Below, piece by piece: positions 1 to 15,865 of a stretch of 64,000 bases of DNA. Position numbers and translations under genes: made by a program. The stretch's first letter is position 1, and each line of letters starts with the position of its first letter. This DNA comes from the human T2T-CHM13v2.0 reference genome, Homo sapiens, in assembly GCF_009914755.1 (NCBI RefSeq), contig NC_060926.1. One strand, 5' to 3'. A model generated the notes under the pieces. That model was not told the DNA's origin. It did not search any database and saw nothing but the letters and a program-made list of their open reading frames with translations.

Positions 1-1306
1 TTAAAATAATTAAATTTTAAAAGTTACCTGATATCGACCCACTTATACCATCCATCTCTCTATTTGTAAGTTCCATCTACTTAACAAAAGCCTCTTGCCA
101 AGCAGAATGTCTTCATCAATCTCCAAACCTCATGAATATTTCTATTCTGAATATTTTTTCATTCTTTCTTAGGAAATTTGTCTCTAGACAATGAAATGTT
201 GTTAAGGAATAGTCTAAGTGTGAAAGGCTGAGAAATCCTTGAATAAATCTGTTAACTGGACTATTTTACATTTGTTCCCTTTATAAATAAGATTTACAGC
301 CTCACAAAAATACAAGGAAAACATGAAGCAGACAAGAATCATATGCCAAACATAAATGATAGGGCATAATAGAAATAAAACCAATTCATAAAGAGTTGTA
401 CATAAATCTCGAGGTAAATGAAATAGTCATTCTTTGAAATGAGTTCAGAGTTGCACAAAATAAGATGATATCCCTCCAATTCTATAAAGTTATGTCTCTA
501 TTATTTTATGAAAACATGAGATATATTTATAAACTCTTTCTACTCATATGGTAGTGAAAAGGTTATATGAAAGAGCTTGAACTCAAAATTCCTTGGTTGG
601 ATTCCCAGTTCTACCCAATTCTACCTGCATAATTTGAGGAATCACCAACCTTGGTATTCCTTTCCTCACTTACAACATCGCTGCTAAGCATTATGAGATA
701 CTTATGTAGCATGATGCCTTGTAAACTATAAATGTAGGTATTACTAATAAACAGAAATGTAAGTATTAATAATAAAAACCACATCTCAAAGGTAAAACAA
801 AATACTATGAAAATGTTTTTTCTGTCACTTTAGGATTCTCTAATGCTGTCATAATTTTGTAAACACTCTAACATATTCAAACTGCAAAAGAATAAAATTA
901 TACCAGAAATTATTGCTGACTAACAGCAAGACATTAGTAAAACTTTACAATAAGTTACCAAATATATCATGGGCATGGCTGGATGTGTGTGTATACATGT
1001 GGCTTTGAATATAACTGAAACATCAGCTGTAAACCAGTGAAACTCAGAAGCTCTTGGATTAAAATTCATAAATTATCCAGCTACTGAAGGGCACATGAAA
1101 AAGATGGTCCCCAGCCTTATCTAAGAAATGAGGCTGAAACCATACTATCAATGTAAGGCATTTGGCAGCTTAAGGTATATGCAAATATTTAGAAAAGAGA
1201 AAGATTCATTGACACCTTAAGATGATGCCATGAAACAAGAAAGAAAATGCTTCTCTGAGAGAGTGGAAGAAAGACGAGAGTGACACTCTGCATATATGCA
1301 GGATCT

Positions 1307-1913
1307 GTGATAATTGGAATCCTAAAATGATCCCATTGCCCCTCATCCTGTATAACCCTATTCCCTTGTGTGTGGGGAGAACCTATGAATATAAGATTTC
1401 ACTCCAGTGATTGTTACATTGCATGACAAAAGAGATTTTGCAGCTATAATCAAGGTCCCAAATCTGTTAACTGAGTAAATCAAAAGGTAGGTTACCTTAG
1501 TTGTTCTGACCTAATCAGGTGATCCCTTCAAAGCAAGAATTTTCTCTGGTTGGCTTAAGAGAAGGAAAGCAAATACTGTAGCCATGTTGCAAGCTGTCTA
1601 CAGAGAGGGGTGGCCTTCAATTGCTTAGAGAGGTGCCCAGACAACAGCTAGAAAGAAAACATGGACATCGGTCCTGGAGCTGCAAGAAATTAAAATCTGC
1701 CAACAACCTGAACGAACTTGTAAAAGGTCCCTAAACCCAGATAAGAACCACAGCGAAGCTGGCACTGGGATTGCGGCCCTTAAGACTCAAACAGAGAGTT
1801 CAGCTAACCCGTACCCAGACTCCTCGCCCTGGAAACCCTGGGATAATAAATTAGCAGTGTTATAAGCTTCTCACTTTGTGATAATTTGTTACATAGCAAT
1901 AGAAAACTAAGAC
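1307..1913 (+). mobile_element. MLT1-family (MaLR) solo LTR
   Basis: Starts TGTG; contains 'gattttgcagctataatcaaggtccc'; ends with the typical MLT1 3' end 'ataataaatt...tttgtgataatttgttacatagcaatagaaaactaagaca'. Confidence 0.8.
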
Positions 1914-2384
1914 AGTAGCAGAACTGTGGAATCTGACTTCCCTCTCCAAATGCCTAGTATTGGTTTTTGTTTTTGAAGAAGGCATACACAAAAACATAGC
2001 TTCTGAATGACATGTTTGACATTTGAATGTTTACGCCTAGTGAGTTGACATTAACAGATGTTTAAAAACGACAGTTTTGTCATAAATCAATTCTCCTCAG
2101 TTGCAGAGTAACTTCTTCCTGTTTATCACAGAGATTAAAAAGATTCTTAAATATTCAAGTTGACATATCCTCTGGATAATTTAAGATGCTACACCAGATT
2201 GCAAACTTTAATCACTGTGCATTTAGGTGTATAATTTTCTGAGATTTTTATGCCTGACAGAAATGCTCTTACCTAATATATGCCCATATACTAGAAAGAA
2301 TAATAGAATTTAAATCAATAATTATTCAGTGGGCACCTTCTATATATCAGATACCAGGTTAGGTGCTAGAATCAAAGACAAATT

Positions 2385-3270
2385 CTCAACCACTGATTAC
2401 AAGCAAAGACTACAGTTAATGGTGAACTGTTAGAAACATTGCCATTAAAAGCAGAAACAGAGTAACCCCCATCACTACACTATTTGATGTGGTTCTAGAG
2501 GTTGACCTAACCATGAAGCTAAACAAGAAAAAATAAAAATATAGAACGGCTGGAAATGAGGGAAATAAAAATTGACATTATTATCAGACAATGTGACCAC
2601 CTACAAAATAATCCTACAAGAAACTATAGACAAATTATTACAGTTAATTGGATGTAATGGTTGGATGTAATGTACCAAATATATTCCTAAACTAGCAATA
2701 AATAGCTGTATAATATAATTTTAAGAAATATCCTTTGTAATAATAGCAACAAAAATGTCAGGTACCTAGAAATAAATGTAGCAAAGGATATGTGAGACAT
2801 TGTAAGACTTTATGGAATTACATTAAAGGAGACCAATTCACATAAAGACACACATTCTGCCCAAATTAATCTTTAAAACTGATATAGTTTCAACTAAAAA
2901 TCCAAAGAAAATTTTACTAATTCGACCAGCTGATTCTAAAATTTATATGAAAAAAATCAAAGGGCCACTAATAGCCAAAACCATTTTGAAAAAAACTACA
3001 AAAAATATGATAGGGGAGAGGGGGCTTACCCTACCTAACATGAAGACTTATAATACAGTTTAAATGGTATACTATGACCTCAGAAGTAGATAAATAGAAC
3101 AGAAGAAAGAACCAAAAACAGGTATGTATTGAGAAACTTGATATTTCACCGTAAAGAAAAGTTGAAATATCCAAAAAAAAAGTTTGTTAATAACTGGTTT
3201 TCCAGTTATCTCAAGATAACTAAAAAACCTACATATTAAAAGGAAATTTTTATATAGGAGAGCTTAAAAA
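2385..3270 (+). mobile_element. Ancient L1M ORF2 fragment; continues at ~4790-5590 after a younger L1 insertion
   Basis: Degenerate L1 ORF2-like sequence ('ggtacctagaaataaat', 'gctgattctaaaatttatatg'), A-rich, no intact frame. Confidence 0.7.
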
Positions 3271-3315
3271 TTGAAAAAAAAAAGAAAAAAAAAAACAAAA
3301 AAAAACTTTTTCCCG

Positions 3316-4780
3316 AATAGCCACGACAATCCTAAGCAAAAGGAACAAAGCTGGAGGCATCACACTACCCTGCTTCAAACTATTCTACAGGGCTACAGTA
3401 ACCAAAACAGCACAGTACTGGTACAAAAACAGACACATAGACCAATGAAACAGAATAGAGAGCGCAGAAATAAGCCTGCACATCTACAACTGTCTGATCT
3501 TTGACAAAGTTGACAAAAACAAGCAGTGGGGAAAGGACTCCCTATTCCATAATTGGTGCTGGAATAACTGGCCAGCCATATGCAGGAGATTGAAACTGGA
3601 CCCTTCCTTACATCATATACAAAAATCAACTCAAGATGGATTAAAGGCCTAAATGTAAAACTCTAAAAGCCCTGGAAGACAACCTAGGCAATACCATTCT
3701 GGACATAGAAACAGTCAAAGATTTCATGATGAAGATACCAAAGCAACTGCAACAAAAGCAAAAATTGACAAATAGGATCTAATTAAAATTAAGAGTTTCT
3801 GCACAGCAAAATAAATTATCATCAAAGTAAACGGACAACCTAGAGAATGGGAGAAAAATTTTGCAAACTATGCATCTGACAGAGGTCTAATATCCAGCAA
3901 CTATAAGGAACTGAAACAAATTGACAAGAGAAAAACACACCACCCCATTAAAAAGTGGACAAAAGACATAAACAAACACTTCTCAAATGAAGACATTTAT
4001 GCAGCCAATGACCATATGAAAAAAAGGTCAACATTACCGATCAATAGAGAAATGCAAATCAAAATCACAATGAAATACCATCTAACACCAGTTAGAATGG
4101 CTATTACTAAAAAGCCAAAAAATAATAGACACTGGCAAGGTTGCAGAGAAAAAGGAACACTTATACATTGTTGGTGGGAGTGTAATTTAGTTCAATCATT
4201 GTTGATAGCAGTGTGGCAATTCCTCAAAGACAGAAAAACCATTCAAGCCAGCAATTCCATTACTGGGTATATACCCAAAGGAATATAAATAGTTCTATCA
4301 TAAAGACACATTCATGCAATTGTTCATTGCAGCACTATTAATAATAGCAAAGACATGGAAACAACCTTAATGCCTATCTATGGTAAACTGGATAAGAAAA
4401 TGTGGTACATATATACTACAGAATACTATGCAGTCATAAAAATGAATTAGATCATGTCCTTTGCAGGAACATGCATGGAGCTGGAGGCCATTATCCTTAG
4501 CATACTAATGCAGGAACAGAAAACCAAATACCTCATGTTCTCACTTATAAGTGGGAGCTAAATGCTGAGAACACACGGACACATAGAAGGGAACAACAGA
4601 CACTGGGGCCTAGTGGAGAGAGGAAAGTGGGAGGAGGGAGAGAATCAGGAAAAATAACTAATGAGTACCAGGCTTAGTACGTGAGTGACAAAATAATCTG
4701 TACAACAAACCCGCATGACACAAGTTTACCTGTATAACAAACCTTCACATGTACCCCTGAACTTAAAAGTTAAAAAAAAA
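3316..4780 (+). mobile_element. 5'-truncated L1 (L1PA13-16-like): ORF2 C-terminus, 3'UTR and A tail
   Basis: ORF track gives L1 ORF2 peptide [19 protein letters not shown]; 3'UTR 'aaaaataactaatgagtaccaggcttagtac...tacaacaaacc...cttaaaagttaaaaaaaaa'. Confidence 0.9.
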
Positions 4781-4789
4781 GAGAAAAAC

Positions 4790-5590
4790 GGTCTGCAAGA
4801 TCTCCTAAAATAAACCGTAAGAAAGTAACTTATAAAAATTTAAAATTTTTGAACATTAAGAGTCCCCATTTTCTAAAGTGAAAAGACCAGACATAGACTA
4901 AGAAAACTTATCTGAAACCCTTTTATATAGCAAATGATTAATATCCCAAATGTATTTTTTAAAAAACTTTGGTAAGAAAAACAGTCCAAAAGAATAATGG
5001 GCAAAAATTGGAAAAAGTAGTTGACTTTACTAGTAATGAAGGAAACACTAATGAAAGCTACAGTGAGAATTTTTACACATCCATCCAATAAATAAAAATT
5101 TAAAAATCAATTAATAGTAAACCAGTGTATAGTTTGGTGCAAATCACTTTGGAGAACAATTTGAGAACATCTGATAAAGTCAAAAATGCACAGATCCAAT
5201 AACTTGCAGTTCTGCTGCCAAAGAAATTTTTGCAAATATGACCATGGATTATTATACAAACATTACTTGCAAAACATTTGGATACAACATAAATGCCCAT
5301 CAATGACAGAATAGGTATGTAATTTGTGGTATATTTATACTTTGGAAAACCACATGGCTATAAAAAGAGTAACACAGAACCACATGTACTAAAATAGGAA
5401 AGCCTCACAGTGGCAGAAGGATAACTAAAGTACTAATATTTATTTGAAGTTTTGAAACTCCACTATCTTGTTATGGGATGAATACAAATGTGATTAAAAT
5501 AATGACAACGCATTTGGCTTAAAATGTTAAGTACCAAATACAGAATAGTGGTTCCTTTGGTTTGAAGAGGAAGGAAGGAGGGAATGTGAT
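4790..5590 (+). mobile_element. Ancient L1M 3' fragment
   Basis: Degenerate 'aaatgcccatcaatgacagaataggt...tgtggtatatttatac' and 'gaatagtggttcctttgg' L1M 3' motifs. Confidence 0.65.
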
Positions 5591-6149
5591 TGAGTTTAAC
5601 ATTTAAGAGAAAGACACCATTGCCCATCTAAATAACCAGGTGTCTGGCAGAAAGAAATATCCCTACCCTAAAATGAGTTCTAATTAATGAATGCACTTGG
5701 ATCCATGGAACTTCTGGATCAAAAATATCAAAGGCTTCATGATACCAAGAAAGTGCTAGCCAAAGTGATTTCTGTTTTGAAATTATTCTAAAGAGATACG
5801 TAAGTCAAATAATAGTATCTCTTTTTCATTCTCGGGCTTAAAACAATACATATTACAATAATGGCATGTGGCACAATTATTTTTCTCAAAAAAAGTAAAT
5901 TCAAAATACACAATAGTTGTTGTCAAGGGTAGTTGTTAGGACATCTTCTTTTAAAGTTTATAAACAATGTTCTTGAAAATTTTTAATCAAATCAAACTTT
6001 GTTTTCTCCAAACGGTTTTGCTATGAAAAATTATAAACATATAGACAATTGATAAAATACTACAATAAACTAGATTTTTTGTTTCACTTTTAACTTTTCA
6101 GTAAAAAAGACTTCAGAAGTTTTCTTGTCATAAAAAATGTACATGCTTA

Positions 6150-7180
6150 CAAAAACAAAAATTGACAATGGGTCCTAATTAAACTAAAGAGCTTCTGCAG
6201 AGCAAAAGAAACTATCATCATAGTGAACAGGCAACCTACAGAATGGAAGAAAATTTTTGGAATCTGACAAAGTCCTAATATTCAGAAGCTACAAGGAATT
6301 TAAACAAATTTACAGGAAAAAAAGAAATAACCCCATCAAAAAGTGGACAAAGGACATGAACAGACCCTTCTCAGAAGACATTTATGTGGCCAACAACCAT
6401 ATGAAAAAAAATTTGACATCACTGATCATTAGAGAAATGCAAATCAAAACCACAATGAGATACCATCTCACAGCAGTCAGAATGGCAATTATTAAAAAGT
6501 CAGGAAACAACAGATGCTTGTGAGGCTGTGGAGAAATAGGAATGCTTTTACACTGTTGGTGGGAATGTAAATTAGTTCAACTATTGTGTAAGACAGCGTG
6601 ACGATTCCTCAAAGATCTAGAACCAGAAATATCATTTGACCCAGCAATTCCATTACTGGGCATATATCCAAAGGAATATAAATCACTCCATTATAAAGAT
6701 ACATGCACACATATGTTTATTGCAGCACTATTTACAATAGCAAAGACATGGAATCAACCCAAACGCCCATTAATGATAGACTGGATAAAGAAAGTGTGGT
6801 ACATATACACCATAGAATACTATGCAGCCATAAAAAGGAATGAAATCATGTCTTTTGCAGGAACATGGATAGAGCTGGAAGTCATCATTCTCAGCAAACC
6901 AACACAGGAACAGAAAAGGAAACACCCCATGTTCTCACTTATAAATAGGAGCTGAACAATAAGAACGCATGGACACAGGGAGGTGAACAACATACACTGA
7001 GGCCTGTCAGCAGGGAGGGAGAGCATCAGGATAAATAGCTAATGCATGCAAGGCTTAATTCCTAGGTGATGGGTTGATAGGTGCAGCAAACCACCATGTC
7101 ACATGCTTACCTAAGTAACAAACCTGCACATCCTGCACATGTAACCCAGAACTTAAAATTAAAATTAAATTTTAAAAAAT
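6150..7180 (+). mobile_element. 5'-truncated L1 (L1PA8-11-like) with 18-bp TSD
   Basis: ORF2 C-terminal peptides (MFIAALFTIAKTWNQPK); TSD aaaaaatgtacatgctta at 6132-6149 and 7189-7206. Confidence 0.92.
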
Positions 7181-7206
7181 CACCCCTCAAAAAATGTACA
7201 TGCTTA

Positions 7207-7565
<359 letters not shown>

Positions 7566-7619
7566 ATTATAGACAATAACATACTCAAAAGGGTAAAGCT
7601 TGACAAGGTAGCAAGAAAC

Positions 7620-8575
7620 AGAGATTTTGCCAATTGCCAAGTATGTCTATTGCAACTCTACATTCAGGAACCAGGGAAGGAATTACCAGCTAACTTCTAC
7701 CTCTATCTAAGCCTTTGTCTATCACCTGGCCACCATAAGCTCCCATTTGACTGGTACAGTATAGCAGGTTTGGAGTGCCCAGGAATAGCATCAGTTCATA
7801 TTAAGTGTCTAGGAATATCTGAATAGTCTGGGTATTTCCTTTTTCCCAGTACACAGTCACGGTCTAGGTACTTCCTTTTTCCCAGTGCACAGTCCTGCTA
7901 GTAAGTCACCCTTTGGGAAAGAATCAGGGGAAATTTTACATTCTATATTTGGTTCTGCTGTAGCATCCTTCTTCAAAAGAACCTGGCCTCCCCTTGAATC
8001 AGGGGGTTCTAACCTGTGAACTGGTTTAGCTCTAAAAAGTAGGTAGAAATCCATCACTCTCCACTAGGTGGCTCAAGTCAGGTTTTTAGCCACCAGACCT
8101 GCAGTTTCTGTTTTATAAATTAAGCAGCTTTTTAGTAGGCTGCTCATCATTTTCATTTCTGGTAACCACATGGTCAATTAGTCACTACCAAAAATTCCTG
8201 CAGGTCTAAATAGTCTGATTACCTTTACAGTAATCAGAATCTGCCAGCCTTTATAACAAATATGGCTGCTTTATCTTTGGCAGTTAAGTATTGTCCGTTG
8301 GCCTCTGCTCTTTCAGGGTCCCATCATCCCTATTGGAATCAGGGAACCCATCACAATGGTGGTATTTCCCACCATCATATGTGGCTTACATATGAGAGCC
8401 ACTACAGTGCTCTTCAGAGTGTGGGTGTTCCCCTCACTAATGTGTTTCTCACTGCTTTCAAGGGAGTATCCTCTGAGTCTCCTCAGACAATACAGTTGAG
8501 GGTAGAGGGACACAGCACCCATATAACAAATCATTCCTGTTCGAAGTCTTTGGAGTCCTAAACTTTTAGATTCCT
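7620..8575 (-). mobile_element. ERVL internal fragment (end of gag and protease region), decayed
   Basis: Minus strand resembles HERV-L 'ccagttcacag...aacccc...gggaggccagg...cccaaagggtgac...actgtgcactgggaaaaagg'; protease motif reads F-L-D-T-stop-Y-E-L-M-L versus the remembered LLDTGSELTL. Confidence 0.7.
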
Positions 8576-8587
8576 TTCTGCACATGT

Positions 8588-8648
8588 GAAGTCAACAAAC
8601 ATTTTCTGTAAAGGACCAGATTGTAAATATTTTAGGCTTTGTGAGTCA
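8588..8648 (+). mobile_element. MER58-like hAT DNA transposon end
   Basis: 'caacaaacattttctgtaaaggaccagattgtaaatattttaggctttgtg' matches the MER58 terminus. Confidence 0.7.
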
Positions 8649-9486
8649 ACAGTCCAAACAGAAGAGATTCTGTCACAGAGGGATTAGAATTGCTATATCT
8701 GGAAAAGACAGAACGATGTCAATGTTCAACTTCCAAAACTGCAACCCAAAATGAGAGATTTTATAAGTTCCAAAATCTCTTTCTTTCAAATGAAAAGTAA
8801 ACCCTTGGGATCTGAAAATAGGGCTTTATTAGAAGCCATAGTGTAAAGAATACTTGAGATATAATATCAAGGAAGTCCCACCAGAGATATTAGAGTCTGC
8901 TAAGGGAAAGGATTGAAGGAGGGAAGTGGGATGGTGCTGATGAAGATGCAACACCCTTCCCAACCCATGGACTTCAGTCAAAGGGAAAAGAGATTCCTAA
9001 ATGGGTGGAGAAGGAATCCAAAATTATCTGGGAGGCTGCTCTGTCCTTCTCAGTATAGCATGGCTGAGAGGTATTAGTCCATGATCAGAGAGCAGTGAGT
9101 ATTTAAGAGTAGCCTGAGGTAGCACCAATTCTCCACAGCTGACTTATGATTCCCAAGGGCTCAGAGACGTAGGATTTGTAGGGGTTCTGAGAAGGTTGCT
9201 GGACAACTAGAGATCTGCAGTCAAGACAGGAGATATGGGGCAGGCACATCACAACAGTGACAAATGGTAGGAACCATGGACTTAGGCAGAGGGCACTTAC
9301 AGATGAGTGTTATAAGCATACCTCTGCAAGATTAGACCAGACCAATCAACTTCACTTCAGTGGAGACTAGCATGAGACCGAAAAAAAGGCAAAAAAAAAC
9401 AATAGAGGCCACCAAGAGTAACTGTAAGCCACACACACATGCATACCCCTAGACAGTCTCTAGAAATGGAGGAAATGGAAGAGAGA

Positions 9487-9996
9487 TGTCAGGTTTGAGC
9501 CCAAACTGAGGTTCAAGGGGGAGTTGGTGGATGACTGGTAGGTAGTTGAAAGAACACTCAGGGGGCTGCAGTCAGGTGAAATATGGCTTTATTCTCTCTC
9601 TGGGCACAAGCCTTTGTCTCGGCTGCCTGCTCCTGCCACAGCCCTTCTCAGCAGCCAGCTCTTCGGCTCCTGCTGCCCCAACGCATACAGCTGCACTCCC
9701 TGGAGCACTCACCATTTCCTGGCTCCCCACTGTCTGCCTGCAAGGTGGTTAGCTCTGGCTCTCTCTTACAGAGTCAGCAGCTTTACTCTCTCTCTCTCTC
9801 CTGCCTCGTGCGAGCCGGTGGCAGCAGGGCAGTTACACTCCTTACAGACAACAGTGGCTCAGAGCCAAGTATGAGCTTAACAAACAGGTTACATAATGCA
9901 TGGGACTGTGCACCTGTGCTCCAATCCCACTCATCATGCTGTACTGGATGTTTATCTTGGCCTATTCTTGACCACAGCATATCCATTTTCCTTTCA
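9487..9996 (-). mobile_element. Solo LTR, LTR18-like (ERVL class)
   Basis: TG...CA termini; flanks agaga/agagg (5-bp TSD with 1 mismatch); minus strand starts 'tgaaaggaaaatggatatgctgtggtcaagaataggcc'; AATAAA on minus strand near 9590. Confidence 0.75.
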
Positions 9997-10696
9997 AGAG
10001 GCCTTTGATAGAGGAGAGAAATAGCCTTTCAGGAAGGTTGAACTTTGAATTAACTGTTTCCCCCAAAGAAGCTATTCTAGACTGAAAAGACCAAATAACC
10101 TTTAATAAGGCAAGATTAAGTGTACTGACCCTTCACTCACCCCAGACACACTATTTACAGGACTCCAAAGATCATTCCTCAAAACAAAGGAATACTACTT
10201 GTTTTGGCCCATTTTGTTTGTTAGGTGTGACTTTTAATACAATAGCCCAGTAGGGTCAGGTGTTGCTTAATTAAAGTGATGGGAATTATTGTTTTGACAA
10301 AGTCAAAGACTGTTCCCAGATGTGGGTTTTTAACCCATCTTTTAACAAATATTCCCACCAGTCAAGGAAAATTTGTTGAATTTTGCTATAGTTTCCATGT
10401 ATTAAAAGTTGGAAGTTTGTTTTGTTTTCTATTTTCAGTCTCTTCTCTGACTTTACCTTTTGTTAAGATCTCACCCTTCTTTAAAACAGCAACCTTCGCT
10501 ATTTTTCCCTATTAAGCATGTTATTTCTTTCCCATCTTCCTGATTAAAGATTTTTAATGAACTCCCCATCACTCATATTTTCGTCATTAATTCTGTTTAT
10601 AATCCCTTGTATTTTACATTCTATTCGCACAGCTCTTGACTGCCTTATCATAGGTGGTTCCCACACTTCTTAACTCTCTCCTTTGAATCCACCTTT

Positions 10697-11170
10697 TACG
10701 CCATGTGTATGGTAAACACCCTGATAGCAATGACATAAGCATACCCTGAAAATGCTCCCGTATGGCAGACGCACCTGCGTGTGCGTTCTGAGCTAAGGAA
10801 TCCGGGAGTGGCCAACCCAGAGATTCATTCCTTGTCTATTAGGAACATCTGAGCCCTCAGAGCATCCCATGGGAACATGGGCCACACACGGGCCCATTTG
10901 GAGCACATGAAGGTTGCCAGGTGCAGGTCATTAAGGGATGATGGTGTTAAGTAAAAATGCTATATAAACCACATGCTGTTTGCAAGCAGTTTTGGTTTTC
11001 CTGGCCAGCTCACTGCCACAGGGCCATGCAGATATCTTGTCCAGCCCACCACCACTGGATTCTCTCTTCCCTGTATATAAGTGCCCAGTACAACCCCATG
11101 TCTCGTTTGCTGGCTCTGGGTCTCTTTTTGGCTTCTTGAATCAAAAGGTACTCAGGGGGTTTACCCTACA
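10697..11170 (+). mobile_element. Solo ERV LTR (LTR32/LTR47-like, subfamily uncertain)
   Basis: 'aagcataccctgaaaatg...gtatggcagacgcacctg...gaatccgggagtggccaaccc'; TATA-like 'tatataaa' near 10961. Confidence 0.65.
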
Positions 11171-11234
11171 CCTGTTTAGAGAAAAAATTCCAAGGTCTTC
11201 AGTTGTTCCCACCTAAACCATTTAACTGTTTTAC

Positions 11235-12061
<827 letters not shown>

Positions 12062-12118
12062 ATACTATTTCTCATAAACTCCCAGGTGATGGTTATGCTA
12101 CAAGTCTATGGATCACAC

Positions 12119-12432
<314 letters not shown>

Positions 12433-12518
12433 TGGATCACGCTTTTGAGTGGCCAGCACTCAAATTACACAAACCCCATTTTTCCTGATAGGTACATTTC
12501 TTGACCCTTCCTTACTAG

Positions 12519-12862
<344 letters not shown>

Positions 12863-13270
12863 GTGACTTTCTAAAATGCCCTCTCCTTTCTTAGTGACCA
12901 TACACCCCGCAATACTCCCCTTACTCCAGCTCCTCCTCGAATTCTGCCCGCTAAACCTCTCCTCTAAATTGCTAGAACATTTAATGTGTCCAAACTAATT
13001 TTTCATGCTAAATAGCATACTTACCAATTATTTTTAAATGGTATGATTTTCTTGGATCCCTAGTTTTCTTCAGTGACTATGCTGAGGATGTAGTAGGTAT
13101 TTTTTAAAATACTGGCTAGTTAAACACTTGAATAGTTATATGGTAATTGTTCCCATTGTTACCTATTGGTTGAGAAAATACACATTAAAATATTACTATC
13201 AATTTGTTAATGTTTTTATATAAACATATTTTACTTGACAAAACAGCATGTCTGCACCTTAAAATAGTGT

Positions 13271-13325
13271 TACTTTACCATTACTTTTAATGCAAAAACC
13301 CCAATTACTTTTCACCAGCCCAATA
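13271..13325. mobile_element. MADE1 (mariner MITE) partial copy
   Basis: 'ccattacttttaatgcaaaaaccccaattacttttcaccagcccaata' matches one arm of MADE1. Confidence 0.75.
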
Positions 13326-14879
13326 TTACAAAAGTGTGAGATATCATGAATTTGGACTGTTGACAAATAACTCAGAAACCTTTAGTTAGTATTCACACAA
13401 AAGGTTACTGACATAAAAGAGAGTCAGTCATTAAACAGTTGTCAACAAATATAACAAAAAGAGAATTTATAAAAGAAAGAGACAGGGTAGAAAAAACACA
13501 CATAGACTATCTGAGAGCAGTGTGTTTTGTTTAACTTTTCTTTGGTAAGCTGATTGGCTGGAAGCCATCAAAAAGACAAATGTGGGCAGCCTTTCCTGGA
13601 GCACATTGACCAGCCATTAGTAACAACTATTGTAGTGACTTCTGGATTCTCTGAGAAAGTAAGCTGAGCAGCATTCATGATAAGCTGCCTCTGTAGGATG
13701 CCTGCCACGTCCTTCTGTTAACATTTCCACTTTGGTTGGGCTAAACTTACACCATATGCCCCTTCAAATCTGAATTCTATCAGTAATTCTTAATCTTCAT
13801 TTTAATGTGTAATAAGAATTTTGTGGCTCATCATGTCTTCCTACCTCAGATTGAGAATCCCCATTCTAAGGCACCATCCTCGTCATATTCTCATGTGCAT
13901 GTCCAGTAGTTATCACGTGACTCATAGACTTGGCATTCTGCTACTCACGTCACTCCAGGATTGACTCTTAGAAAACAGCAGAGTAATTTTTCCGGTGTAA
14001 AAGAATGACAATACAACAGAAAAAGGGTCCTCACATGTTTTTGTGGCAATCCAGTTGCTACCAAATATTAATGAAGATATGCCATTATATCATTAGCCAC
14101 ATGCCATTTTAGACATATCATTGCCTAAGCCACTATGGTGACTTCTATAATTCTGATTGTTTCAGATTGATGACTTTGTAATCAATATGTTAGGCTGAGC
14201 TTAAAATTTCAAGTTTTGATATTGTCTTCATCTGAACATGTGAGTTATTAAAATTAATCAAAATAAATGTGTTATTATCAAAAGGTATAAGTGTTGAAAG
14301 ACAATGTTCCATGGATCTCTTGTGTTTCTGCACCTCTTACGAAGCACAAAGAGGTAAGAAATATGACTCCACTTCTTTTTACTGGTGTCTTCCTTTTAGT
14401 TCAATACATCTAGATGTAGACAATAGCATGCTAAGAAAAGTTAAACAATAAAAAATCATGAGAGAATTATTTTTCAGAAAATGCGTCACTTAAAATATGT
14501 AGTATATTGGGGCAGCATTTCAATATAATATTAAACATTTTAAATAAGTAATTTTTTAGTATATTGTAATCTAATTCCATTTAAGATTTCGTTTTAATTT
14601 TGTATAAATTAAAATAGTCATGTATAAACATGACTATCTCAGAATTCTTTAAATAGAATTGCCTTAAATATGTTGCTTATTCAACCCAAATTTCTAAGAT
14701 ATATGCTCTGATATAATAAAAGCCAAGAATACTATAATAGGAAACCTTAAGTATAAGAAAAACACCCTAATTTCTTGCTTATACAAATCAGCTCCTCTGT
14801 ATTTTCTAGGCTGATCACCCTAAAAAGTGGTCATAAACAGGAACATCCAGCCATAAAACTAGGGAGAACTTACCATCCA

Positions 14880-15135
14880 ATAAAAATAGTGATTCTTATA
14901 GAGTACTTATTATGTCATAGGTAATATAACTTCATATATATATATATATATGAATTGATTTAAGCCTAATGGTAAAATATGAGGTAGAAATTAACAGCCC
15001 TGCTTTTATGGATGATAAAGCTAAGGAATAGAAAATGTATAGAATTTGACCATGATCACTGTTAGTAAGTGGTATAGCCAGGAACTGAACTTAAATCTGG
15101 CACCAAAAATCTATGTACTAAAACACTGTGCTACA
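14880..15135 (-). mobile_element. MIR, with embedded (AT)n
   Basis: 'gaggtag...ttttatggatgataaagctaagg...gttagtaagtggtatagccagga' degenerate MIR core. Confidence 0.65.
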
Positions 15136-15865
15136 CTATACACTAAACCACTATGTGACCCAACTGCAGTTGCATTGCTTTCAAACTTGCCTCATGATTC
15201 AGTCCTTTCTATACACTGATATTTATTAAAATGCCCATAGTGCCTTCTGTTAGGTACCATAGACAAACACAATGAAACAGGGTCCCAGCCTCCAGTAAAC
15301 TTTTCCCCAATTATCTCATTAAATGGCTATTTATTTAATCTGTGTTCTTACCTTAAATTTATAATAATCTGATAGCTGTTTATGTAGAACTGGCAAATAA
15401 AAAGCCAGTATCATCCCTACCAATATGAAATCTTAGAATGCAGGGCCTAGGACAAAATAAAATTATATATTGAATCACATTTATTAATCCCATTCACAGA
15501 TACATATATATATATACCCCACCACCCCACCCACTCCTGTCCCACAAACAGACTCCTTCTTAATCTATTCAGAATTGCCACCTCTGATCATAGTGAGGCA
15601 GAAGACAAATTCAATGGTAGATTCAAAGTCATGTGCCTGAAGAAGTTCCATTTTCACAACTGTTTATAAGAAGTTCAAGAGGAATACTTTCTACTTACCT
15701 TTCTTCTGTACATCTTTTTTGTTTTGTTTTTTGTTTCAATTATTTTATTAATGTGCATAATAATCCCAGCAGACAACATGTATTCAAGCAATGTTAATCA
15801 GTTCCCTAGGCTGCAACCCCATGATTTAATGGGCCATTTGATTTTCTTTTCAAAAAAATTTTGAT

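Noticed and set aside
2648-2672. Short tandem duplication ttggatgtaatg
   Set aside because: Trivial slippage duplication inside a decayed L1M.
9546-10008. Four overlapping ORFs up to 141 aa
   Set aside because: They lie within a GC-richer solo LTR; low-complexity Ser/Leu peptides with no recognisable domain.
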